Positions 38,084-45,509 of a stretch of 45,509 nt of DNA are shown in pieces; position 1 is the first letter of the stretch; each line of letters opens with the position of its first letter. The stretch is from Verrucomicrobiota bacterium (lineage in GTDB: Bacteria; Verrucomicrobiota; Lentisphaeria; Lentisphaerales; Lentisphaeraceae): contig JBDKFG010000037.1 of assembly GCA_039798785.1 (NCBI GenBank), positions 1-45,509 on the forward strand. The letters run 5' to 3'. Position numbers and translations under genes: made by a program. The notes beneath the pieces are model-generated. The model had not been told where the DNA came from. It did no database searches and saw only the letters and a list, made by a program, of their open reading frames with translations.

Positions 38084-38779
38084 TCAAGGCTGATTGTTTT
38101 CGACATATTTGAACCACGCATCAAAGGCAGCATAATCGCTATTAGGCAGGTATCCCGCGCTTTTCCAGAGCGTGTAATTCTCATCGGCGATGAATTTGAC
38201 GTGGCCGTCTTTGAAGGCGACAAAGGTGCCTCGATCGCCGTTGTCGTTGTGCCACCAGGGATTGTTTTTTTTATCGGCCTCAGTGACCCACAGGTTTGGG
38301 TTTTTTCTCCAATTGGTCTCGCACATCAGAGCCTGCCGATCATCACTCAGAGTGATTTGCGAGTTGTTGTTGTTCCACTTACGCCACAACGTCGACGCCG
38401 GATAATAGGACCCATTCTTAATTCGGTTGGAATAGTCAGGCTTGGAGTATTCCGCCCGCAACTTGATGCAATTGGCAATGAGATGCCAGCTTTTGTCATC
38501 AATATATTTTTCGCGATGCAATAATCCCGGGCCTCGCCAGACGCCACTGACAGAATAAGCCTCGGCGCCCCATCCTGATGTATTCATATCCGGCAATTTC
38601 CCGCGGTTGTTCATCGCTCTTGCGACAGACAGACTCATCACTTGCGCAGCGCCGCTAAATTCCACGACTCGTTGCGACATCATCCGAGCCCGCTGAAAAG
38701 ACGGGAACAGCATGCTGATGAGAATGGCAAGGATCGCGATCACCGCCATCAGCTCGATCAAGGTGAATTTCCGTTTCAT
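38084..38779 (-). CDS. Prepilin-type N-terminal cleavage/methylation domain protein, copy 3
   Basis: KFTLIELMAVIAILAILISMLFPS; C-terminal H-X13-DGHV; AT-rich. Confidence 0.85.
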   Translation of the reverse strand: MKRKFTLIELMAVIAILAILISMLFPSFQRARMMSQRVVEFSGAAQVMSLSVARAMNNRGKLPDMNTSGWGAEAYSVSGVWRGPGLLHREKYIDDKSWHLIANCIKLRAEYSKPDYSNRIKNGSYYPASTLWRKWNNNNSQITLSDDRQALMCETNWRKNPNLWVTEADKKNNPWWHNDNGDRGTFVAFKDGHVKFIADENYTLWKSAGYLPNSDYAAFDAWFKYVENNQP

Positions 38780-38782
38780 GAC

Positions 38783-39580
38783 TCATTCTCCTTTGCTTTC
38801 AAAAATTTCAAAACACTTTGAGAAGTGCGCTTTCGAAACCTCCTCCGATGGCAGCTCTTTCAGGATTTCGTCATCGGCGAATTTCTTCGCTTGGATCAAG
38901 ATGTTGATCAGATTGTCTTTCAGCAGTTCGTGCCCAACCTTGCTGGCCGCAGAATCGCGCACAATCAGAGGGCAAGGCAAGGCTTCGAAATTGTCGTTTC
39001 GCTGAGGTGAAAAGGCGTCCATGCCGCTGGACAAGATCGGGATCGGAGGCAGAAAGGAACAGACGGCGTCAAACGACTGGGCCTCCTGGCGAATTTTTTC
39101 GATGGTGGCATGATGCAAATAGATCCCGCTCTCGAAGTTGGCCGGGAAGATCGCCTCGCCATCGCTGTTGCACTCCATCCCATTGGGAAACAGCTTCACC
39201 GTGATCGTGGTGAATTTGAAATCCGCCTTGCCCTTGAATCGACGGACGACTTGCTCTTCGAACCAGGCGGGATCCAGGCCGAGGCAGGCATCGGATTGAA
39301 TGACCAAAATTCTGGGATTGGGCTTTTTCGCGGTTGCGATCGCAAGCTGAATGGTCTCCATGTTCTCCGCCAGAGTCGTGTAAGACAAATGCTTCGCTAC
39401 CTCGGGAGACAAGGCGCCCTGCCCCAAAAGGTTCCTCGCCGAGATCGCCATGGCCGCAGAAAGAACCAGCGCCGAGAAGGCATTGAACAAGATCCGCCGG
39501 GAGACAGTCCAGGTCTTGTATCTCGTCCTGCCGACGACGATGACGCCGGTGATCAGGAGCAGCAAAATGAGCGTGGGCAT
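38783..39580 (-). CDS. Membrane-anchored hypothetical protein (265 aa), pilin partner copy 3
   Basis: Two TM helices; 3 nt upstream of prepilin copy 3 and carries its RBS; own AGGAG RBS. Confidence 0.8.
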   Translation of the reverse strand: MPTLILLLLITGVIVVGRTRYKTWTVSRRILFNAFSALVLSAAMAISARNLLGQGALSPEVAKHLSYTTLAENMETIQLAIATAKKPNPRILVIQSDACLGLDPAWFEEQVVRRFKGKADFKFTTITVKLFPNGMECNSDGEAIFPANFESGIYLHHATIEKIRQEAQSFDAVCSFLPPIPILSSGMDAFSPQRNDNFEALPCPLIVRDSAASKVGHELLKDNLINILIQAKKFADDEILKELPSEEVSKAHFSKCFEIFESKGE

Positions 39581-39706
39581 TGCTTCGACTCCTTTGGGAA
39601 TTTGTTGCCGATGTCCAGCTGCGGGATGCGCCGCATTTGGGCTTTAAAATAGGTATTAATTGCAGTGTTCACGTGCAAAAACTACGGCTGGAGACTTTTG
39701 TGGCCA

Positions 39707-39742
39707 TTGCAATATGTGCCAGAAAAATGGCAATTTGTGCCA
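39707..39742 (-). promoter_or_regulatory. Putative AraC-type tandem binding site upstream of the pilin/GH29 operon
   Basis: GCAATATGTGCCA (39709) and GCAATTTGTGCCA (39730): 12/13 identical, 21 bp apart. Confidence 0.6.
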
Positions 39743-39803
39743 AGATCAGAAATCAGCCCGGAAGGGCCGGAGGCGGCAGCCGCCGCCGCGCCCGATCAGG
39801 GAT

Positions 39804-40502
39804 TCAGCGCAATCCGTTCCACGCGGCGCTGCCGTACTTTTCGGAGCGGAGGCTCTCGGCCCGGGCGGCGAAGGCGGCGTCCGGCGCCCAGCTCTCGAAG
39901 TCGAACTTGAGGAAGTCGCCGAAGCCCTGCGGCAGGAGGCGGCGGAGGAGGGGCGCGTCAAGAGGCGCCACCAGCTCGATGCTGCCTTGATGCAGGAAGC
40001 CTTCGCGCATCCGGCGCTGCGCCGCGCCGGCGATCTTGTCTTGCCCCGACACCAGGTCGTAGCGGGTCGGGGTGTGGAAGCAGACCATGCTGGCGCGGTC
40101 GACCCAGCGGGGGATCTCCTCCCGGGTCATCTCCGAGGCGAAGTCGGCGAGGGCGAGCGCGGCGCTGACAGCGCCGTTGAGCAGCGCATAGCTCTCCACC
40201 GGCTGAGTGTCGCGGTAGACCGGGTGCTCGGGCGGGAGGACCAAGGTGTAGGTGAACTGGCTGGCATGGAAGACGACGCCGCCGCCGGTGATGCGCCGGA
40301 CGATTTCGCCGCGGTCCTGCGGCACCTTGGCGAGGTGCTGGACATAGCCGATGCTGACCGCAGGACGGTCCCATTCGTAGAGACGGAGCAGGGGGCGTCC
40401 GAGTCCGGCGGCAGCGAGCAGCAGGGCCTCGTCTACCGCCATGTTGTAGGCCGGGGAGTGGCAGCCGTCCTGCCAGAGCCAGGCTTTCTCCGGCACCGTC
40501 AT
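39804..40502 (-). CDS. Lipoate-protein ligase A / octanoyltransferase (LplA/LipM) family protein
   Basis: NMAVDEALL, LRLYEWDRPAVSIGY, VRRITGGGVVFH, KIAGAAQRR, HQGSI; ATGA overlap with nfeD. Confidence 0.9.
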   Translation of the reverse strand: MTVPEKAWLWQDGCHSPAYNMAVDEALLLAAAGLGRPLLRLYEWDRPAVSIGYVQHLAKVPQDRGEIVRRITGGGVVFHASQFTYTLVLPPEHPVYRDTQPVESYALLNGAVSAALALADFASEMTREEIPRWVDRASMVCFHTPTRYDLVSGQDKIAGAAQRRMREGFLHQGSIELVAPLDAPLLRRLLPQGFGDFLKFDFESWAPDAAFAARAESLRSEKYGSAAWNGLR

Positions 40503-42094
40503 GAATTTCTCTTTTCGACGACGACACGGTTCCCTTCGACTTCGACGACGCGGATCAGCTCGCCCTTGTCGAGCATTTCGCCGCGGGTGACGACGTCGTA
40601 GACCTGGCCGTCGATGTCGGCGGTGCCGACCGGGCGGAGGTCGGTGACGGCCTTGCCGTGGAGTCCGAGGAGGAGGCGTTCCGGCAATCCGCCCTGAACC
40701 AGGGCCGGGGCGTGGGGGCGGGGCTTCTCGTCCAGGACCATGCGGCGGTAGAAGGGCAGCTTGGGCAGCAGCCAGGCGAGGGCGAGGGAGCCGCCGATGG
40801 TGACGAAGCCGGTGACGGTGATCTGGCGGATGCCGAAGCTGATCGAGCTCTGCAGCGAAGCGCTGCGCAGGGCCGGCTCGGAAGCCGGCGGCAGGTGGGA
40901 GAAGTCCATGAAGGAGAGCATCATGCCGACGAAGACCAGGAGGCAGCCGCAGACCCCGGGAATGATGACGCCGGGAAGGACGAAGATCTCGAGTGCGACG
41001 AGAGCCCAGCCTGCGGCGATCAGGCCGATGTCGAGGCCGTCGACCAGACCGAGCTGGTGCTGCATCCAGAGGCTGAGGGCCATGAAGCAGAGGCCGATGC
41101 TGCCGGGAATGCCGAAGCCGACGGTCTTGACCTCGATCACCAGGGCGATGAAAGCCAGGGCCCAGATCAGGGGTAGGAAGGGCAGGAGGCTGCGGGCGAG
41201 ATTTGGCGGCGAAGCCTGTTCGTGGCGCTCGATGCGTGCGAGGGGGAGGCCGGCAAGGGCGGCGAGCTCCTCGGCGCTTTTCACCGTCGCTTCGCAGAGG
41301 CTCGGATTGCCGAAGTCGGGCGAGCAGGACTCCTTGGCCTTGAAGACGCGAGGCTGTTCGGCGGGCTTGCCTTTCAACAGGGCGCGGGGGTCGGCAAGGG
41401 CTTCGGCGAGGGCCGGATCGTGGCCGTGCTCGAGGGCGGCGTCGAGGCAGGATTTGCGCCAGGCCAGTCTCAGGCTTTCCTTCTCGCCGGGATCGAGGGA
41501 GGCGGACTCGAGGCCGGCGAGAATGCCCGGACCGGGGCCGCCGATGTTGCCGTTCTCGAAGATGTAGAGTCGGGAGCAGTTCAAGGCGAGCAGCAGGGCG
41601 CCGCCGCCGCACTGGCCGTGGATGTAGGCGACGCGGGGTCCGGGCCAGTTCTTCAGCAGCTCCGCCGCCTGGCGGCAGAGCTGCAGGTCGCCGTTGCCGG
41701 CGGTGTCGATCTCGAGGATGAGCAGGCCTTCCTTCTTCCGAGCTTCGTCGAAGCGCTTCTCGAAGTCTCGGCGCCAGGCGGCGTTGAGCTCTCCGGTGAC
41801 CGGCAGCACCGCGACATGGGCTTCGCGGCCCTTGGCGGCGAGATCCTTGATCAGACGCAGGGCGTCGGCCCGCTTCGCCTGGGCTTCGTCGGCGGCGGCG
41901 TTGAAGGGCCGGGGCGCCGCGTCGGCGGCCGGGAGCGCGGCGGCGGGCGCTGCCGGGCCGGGGCCGGCGGCCGGGCGGGCCGGGGCTGTCACGGCTTCTG
42001 CCGGCGGGCCGGGCTCCGCGTCGAATTCGGGCTCCTCCTGGGCGAGGGCGAGGAGGGCGCTGAGAAGAAGGAAGAGAAGTGATAGGTTTTTCAT
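40499..42094 (-). CDS. Long-form NfeD family membrane protein (ClpP-like domain, TM bundle, OB-fold)
   Basis: ILEIDTAG, IEVKTVGFGIPG, LEIFVLPG, GKAVTDLRPVGTADIDGQVYDVVT; start MKNLSLLF at 42094. Confidence 0.85.
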   Translation of the reverse strand: MKNLSLLFLLLSALLALAQEEPEFDAEPGPPAEAVTAPARPAAGPGPAAPAAALPAADAAPRPFNAAADEAQAKRADALRLIKDLAAKGREAHVAVLPVTGELNAAWRRDFEKRFDEARKKEGLLILEIDTAGNGDLQLCRQAAELLKNWPGPRVAYIHGQCGGGALLLALNCSRLYIFENGNIGGPGPGILAGLESASLDPGEKESLRLAWRKSCLDAALEHGHDPALAEALADPRALLKGKPAEQPRVFKAKESCSPDFGNPSLCEATVKSAEELAALAGLPLARIERHEQASPPNLARSLLPFLPLIWALAFIALVIEVKTVGFGIPGSIGLCFMALSLWMQHQLGLVDGLDIGLIAAGWALVALEIFVLPGVIIPGVCGCLLVFVGMMLSFMDFSHLPPASEPALRSASLQSSISFGIRQITVTGFVTIGGSLALAWLLPKLPFYRRMVLDEKPRPHAPALVQGGLPERLLLGLHGKAVTDLRPVGTADIDGQVYDVVTRGEMLDKGELIRVVEVEGNRVVVEKRNS

Positions 42095-42358
42095 CGCGGC
42101 ACCGTAGAGTCCTGTGTTGTAGAGATCGCAAGGCAGAAGATATGCCGCATTCGGACTTGAGCCAGGCTTGCGGCGGCGGCGCCGGCGTCTTCCCGGGCCG
42201 GCGGCCGGCAGGCGCTGCAATCACGACTTCATCAGTTGCTTGCAACTTTTTTTCGAAAAGCGCTGGACAGAATCCGACATGACCGTAATGTCGGCGTCCC
42301 ACCAAGAGCGCAAGCAATTGGAAAACCCGTGATTGCATAGAAATGAACAGGAGCGAAG

Positions 42359-42655
42359 ATGGTCAAGATCCGCCTCAGAAAAACCGGCAAGCTGAATGCC
42401 CCCAGCTTCCGTATCGTTGTTGCCGATGTCCGCAGCCCCCGCGACGGAGCCCACCTCGAAGTGATCGGCTTCTACAACCCCCGCCTCGGCACCGAGAAAG
42501 TCGACCTCGCCCGCGTCGACCACTGGATCGGCGTCGGCGCCCAGCCCACCGGCACTGTCGTCGACATCGTCCGCCGCGCCCGCACCGGCGAGACCGTCCA
42601 AGGCAAGAAAGCCGAATTCAAGGCGAAACAGGCCGCTGAAGGCAAGAAGGACTGA
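42359..42655 (+). CDS. rpsP: 30S ribosomal protein S16
   Basis: MVKIRLRKTG, FRIVVADVRSPRDG, GAQPT. Confidence 0.97.
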   Translation: MVKIRLRKTGKLNAPSFRIVVADVRSPRDGAHLEVIGFYNPRLGTEKVDLARVDHWIGVGAQPTGTVVDIVRRARTGETVQGKKAEFKAKQAAEGKKD

Positions 42656-42660
42656 AGCTT

Positions 42661-42987
42661 ATGAGCTTCCTCAGCTGGCTCAAGAAAATCTTCACCGGCG
42701 GCGGCGGCAGCCCGAGCGGCTTCGACCCCCGTCCAAGCGGCGACATGGACCGCGACCTCGGCACCTTCGTCGAGTACGTCGTGCGCAGCCTCGTCGACGC
42801 TCCGGCCGCGGTCAAGGTCAGCCAGGTGTCCAACCCCGAAGGCCTCACTTTCAAGATCGTCTGCGACAAAGCGGACATCGGCAAGGTGATCGGCCGCGAG
42901 GGTCAGAACATCCGCGCCATCCGCGCCCTCGTCAGCGGCGCGGCCAGCCGCGCCAACCGCAAAGCCAACGTCGAAGTGGAGGAATAA
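42661..42987 (+). CDS. khpA: KH-domain RNA-binding protein KhpA with an N-terminal extension
   Basis: VEYVVRSLVD, DIGKVIGREGQNIRAIR; position after rpsP. Confidence 0.88.
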   Translation: MSFLSWLKKIFTGGGGSPSGFDPRPSGDMDRDLGTFVEYVVRSLVDAPAAVKVSQVSNPEGLTFKIVCDKADIGKVIGREGQNIRAIRALVSGAASRANRKANVEVEE

Positions 42988-42990
42988 GCC

Positions 42991-43674
42991 CTGCTGCGCG
43001 TTGACATCATCACTCTCTTCCCCGAAGCCTTCGCCGCGCTTGACACCTCCATCGTGGGGCGCGCCCGCCGCCAAGGCCTCTGCGACATCCGCATCCACCA
43101 GCTGCGCGATTTCGCCCAGGACAGACACCGCCGGGTCGACGACAGTCCCTACGGCGGCGGCCCCGGCCAAGTGATGCTCTGTGAACCTCTCTTCGCTGCC
43201 GTCGAAGCCCTCCGAACTCCCGCCGCCAAGGTCCTCCTGATGGGGCCGGCAGGCGAAAAGTTCCGGCAGGCAGACGCCCGGGCCCTGTCCCGAGAAGAGC
43301 ACCTGATCTTCATCTGCGGCCACTACGAAGGCGTCGACGCACGCGTCCGCCAGGCCCTTGTCGATCGCGAGCTCTCCATCGGCGACTACGTGCTCACCTC
43401 CGGCAACCTTGCCGCCATGGTGATCACCGATGCCTGCGTCCGGCTCCTCCCCGGAGCCCTCGGCTGCGATATGTCCGCGGTGTCCGAGTCCTTCAGCGAT
43501 GAAGACTACCTCGAACACCCGCAGTACACCCGGCCCGAAAACTTCCGCGGCCTGCCAGTCCCCGAAGTCCTCCTCTCCGGCAACCACCGTGAAATCGAAA
43601 AATGGCGAAAGGAACAGTCGCACCAACGCCTCCGCGAAACGCGACCCGACCTGATCAAAAAGGAATCCAAATGA
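42991..43674 (+). CDS. trmD: tRNA (guanine37-N1)-methyltransferase, probable CTG start
   Basis: (L)[12 protein letters not shown]-terminus, [40 protein letters not shown]. Confidence 0.93.
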   Translation: MLRVDIITLFPEAFAALDTSIVGRARRQGLCDIRIHQLRDFAQDRHRRVDDSPYGGGPGQVMLCEPLFAAVEALRTPAAKVLLMGPAGEKFRQADARALSREEHLIFICGHYEGVDARVRQALVDRELSIGDYVLTSGNLAAMVITDACVRLLPGALGCDMSAVSESFSDEDYLEHPQYTRPENFRGLPVPEVLLSGNHREIEKWRKEQSHQRLRETRPDLIKKESK

Positions 43675-44030
43675 GCACCAAGTACCAGAAGATCCTGCGT
43701 GAATACGTCAAGAAAGATGCCGTCAACTTCGGCATCGGCGACACCGTCAAAGTCCAAGTGAAGATCCCCGACGCTGAAAAAGCCGGCGCCTTCCGCCTCC
43801 AGGCCTACTCGGGCGTCGTCATCTCCCTGAAAGGCGAAGGCAATTCCGCCAACGTCACCGTCCGCCGCGTCGCCTTCGGCCAGGGCGTCGAGCGTATCTT
43901 CCCGCTCAACTCCCCCCTCGTCGACAGCATCACCGTCGAGCGTCGTGGTTCGGTCCGCCGCGCCAAGCTGTACTACCTGCGCGAGAAGCTCGGCAAGGGC
44001 GCCCGCATCCAAGAAGCCACCCGCAACTGA
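43671..44030 (+). CDS. rplS: 50S ribosomal protein L19
   Basis: [34 protein letters not shown] overlap with trmD. Confidence 0.97.
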   Translation: MSTKYQKILREYVKKDAVNFGIGDTVKVQVKIPDAEKAGAFRLQAYSGVVISLKGEGNSANVTVRRVAFGQGVERIFPLNSPLVDSITVERRGSVRRAKLYYLREKLGKGARIQEATRN

Positions 44031-44038
44031 GCTTCCGG

Positions 44039-44716
44039 ATGCCCCGCGGCCCGTCTCGCTCCCGCCCCGTTCCCGTAGCCGATCCCTTCGCCTATGAGAA
44101 CGCGGCGCGTGCGGCGGGCCGTCTTCGCATCTGCGGCATCGACGAGGCCGGCCGGGGTCCCCTGGCCGGCCCCGTCGTCGCCGCGGCCGTCATTCTCCGC
44201 CCGGGGGCCCGCCCCCTCCCCGGCATCACCGATTCCAAAGCCCTCGGCCCGGAGCGCCGCGCCGAGCTGGCTGCGGCCCTGATCGCCGATCCCGCGGTGG
44301 AATGGTCCCTCGGAATCGCCGAGGCCGACGAGATCGACGCGCTCAACATCCTCCGCGCCACCCACCTGGCGATGCGCCGCGCTGCCGAAGGCTTCGTCGT
44401 CCCTCCTGACTTCTGCCTGGTTGACGGCTTGCCGGTGAAGTCGCTTCCCTTTCCTTCCCAGGCGATTGTCAAAGGGGACGCGCTGTCCTGGTCGATCGGC
44501 GCCGCCTCGATCCTCGCCAAGGAGCATCGCGACGCCCTGATGCGCCAGCACGCCCTGCGCTTTCCTCAATACGGATTCGAGCGTCATGCCGGATATGGTA
44601 CGCCGGAGCATCTCGAGGCCTTGCGTCAGCACGGCCCCTGCGAGCTCCACCGCCGCAGCTTCGCCCCGGTGCGCGCCGCCAGCGGCGACGAGCCGGTGCA
44701 GCTGACCCTGTTCTGA
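44039..44716 (+). CDS. rnhB: Ribonuclease HII
   Basis: GIDEAGRGPLAGPV, DSKAL, IVKGDA, AASILAK, GYGTPEH. Confidence 0.96.
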   Translation: MPRGPSRSRPVPVADPFAYENAARAAGRLRICGIDEAGRGPLAGPVVAAAVILRPGARPLPGITDSKALGPERRAELAAALIADPAVEWSLGIAEADEIDALNILRATHLAMRRAAEGFVVPPDFCLVDGLPVKSLPFPSQAIVKGDALSWSIGAASILAKEHRDALMRQHALRFPQYGFERHAGYGTPEHLEALRQHGPCELHRRSFAPVRAASGDEPVQLTLF

Positions 44717-44725
44717 GGCTCGGAG

Positions 44726-45160
44726 ATGCAGCCGGTCGTCGCCGCCCTTCTCCACCGCCGTCGCCGCATCCTGCTGGCCCGTCGCGCTCCAGGGGAGAAG
44801 CATGCCGGCGCCTGGGAGTTCCCGGGCGGCAAGGTCGAACCGGGAGAGAGCTCGGAAGAGGCGCTCCGCCGCGAAATCCGGGAGGAGCTGGAGTTGGAAC
44901 TCGGGGAGCTCCGGGAAGTCCTGCGCCATGAACTGCCTCAGCACGGCATCGTCTTGATCTTCCTTCTCGCCGCCTGTCCGCACGGGGAGCCGCGCCTCAG
45001 CGTCCATGACCGCTGTGATTGGCTCCCGCCGGAAGAGCTCGATCTCCCCGGCCTGCTCCCGGGCGACCGCCCTGCCGTCGCCTGGCTGCAGCGGAACCTC
45101 GCAGCCCTTGGCGATGGAGTGGCAGGCAAGCCCGGATCGGCAGGAAGCCTGAATCTATGA
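44726..45160 (+). CDS. NUDIX hydrolase (MutT/NudG-like)
   Basis: WEFPGGKVEPGESSEEALRREIREEL Nudix box. Confidence 0.92.
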   Translation: MQPVVAALLHRRRRILLARRAPGEKHAGAWEFPGGKVEPGESSEEALRREIREELELELGELREVLRHELPQHGIVLIFLLAACPHGEPRLSVHDRCDWLPPEELDLPGLLPGDRPAVAWLQRNLAALGDGVAGKPGSAGSLNL

Positions 45161-45259
45161 TTGATCCTAAAAACCGCAGTTGAACCTCGATTCCGAAGTT
45201 GAAGCTGTGAGTCAGCCTTCAGTCTTGAATGTTAAATCTTTGATTTTGTTTGCGTTCTG

Positions 45260-45360
45260 TTGAATCTTGAATTTTGAATCTTGAATCGGATTCCCGAGCT
45301 GAGCCCAAGCTCAGCTTCGGAATCCAGGTTGAAAGGTTGGAAGGTTCAAAGGTTGAAAGG
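45260..45360. repeat. Heptamer array + hairpin + octamer array
   Basis: (TTGAATY)x4 at 45260-45287, hairpin GGATTCC..GAGCTGAGC-CCAA-GCTCAGCT..GGAATCC at 45288-45325, (AGGTT[G/C][A/G]A)x4 at 45326-45357. Confidence 0.75.
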
Positions 45361-45509
45361 ATCAGTTGCAACAGCCACAACTGACGACTATGCGTAAAAG
45401 CTTCTCTAATCTGAACTTCCCCCGGATTCAAGCTCAAGCCATCAGTCTCCGAGCTTGTTTTGTTCCCATGTAAATCATGTCATAATGCTTTGACTTTTTT
45501 CGGTGTCGA

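Noticed and set aside
39804..42338. 844-aa ORF suggesting a giant lipoate-ligase fusion
   Set aside because: The upstream part is an alternate frame of nfeD; only the last 232 aa are LplA-like
42655..43000. Absence of rimM from the rpsP-trmD-rplS operon
   Set aside because: rpsP-trmD-rplS-rnhB without rimM is known in PVC lineages such as Chlamydiae, so it is not novel
1..45509. CRISPR arrays, tRNA or rRNA genes
   Set aside because: No repeat-spacer array and no tRNA/rRNA signature seen by eye; a tRNAscan/Infernal run would be needed to exclude small RNAs

Overview
GC-rich bacterial DNA. The gene content suggests a PVC-superphylum organism, probably Lentisphaerae-like (inference from K-FTLIELL prepilin-like proteins, DUF1501/DUF1549-1553, and rpsP-trmD-rplS-rnhB without rimM). 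From left to right: (1) an S10 ribosomal operon that stops at a terminator after rpsS and is flanked by a 25-bp direct repeat; (2) an IS630-family element whose inverted repeats enclose both the transposase and a divergent AbrB-like gene; (3) a C-terminally truncated SecA paralogue, a PLP decarboxylase, TrkA and a Tat metallophosphoesterase; (4) a ~26-kb glycan-utilisation region (13.1-39.7 kb) of three operons; (5) lplA-like, nfeD, rpsP-khpA-trmD(CTG start)-rplS-rnhB and a NUDIX gene. The glycan region holds a sulfatase, two GH29, GH89, a GH95-like enzyme, AraC and a DUF1501/DUF1549-1553/PEGA/prenyltransferase-repeat/FGE module, but no recognisable sugar transporter. The best candidate for an undescribed system is three prepilin-like (H-Xn-DG) genes. 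Each is tightly coupled to a ~264-aa membrane-anchored partner, and the three partners look homologous to one another. A shared 21-bp-periodic AraC-type box sits upstream of all three operons. Product calls come from motifs recognised by eye; no database searches were run.
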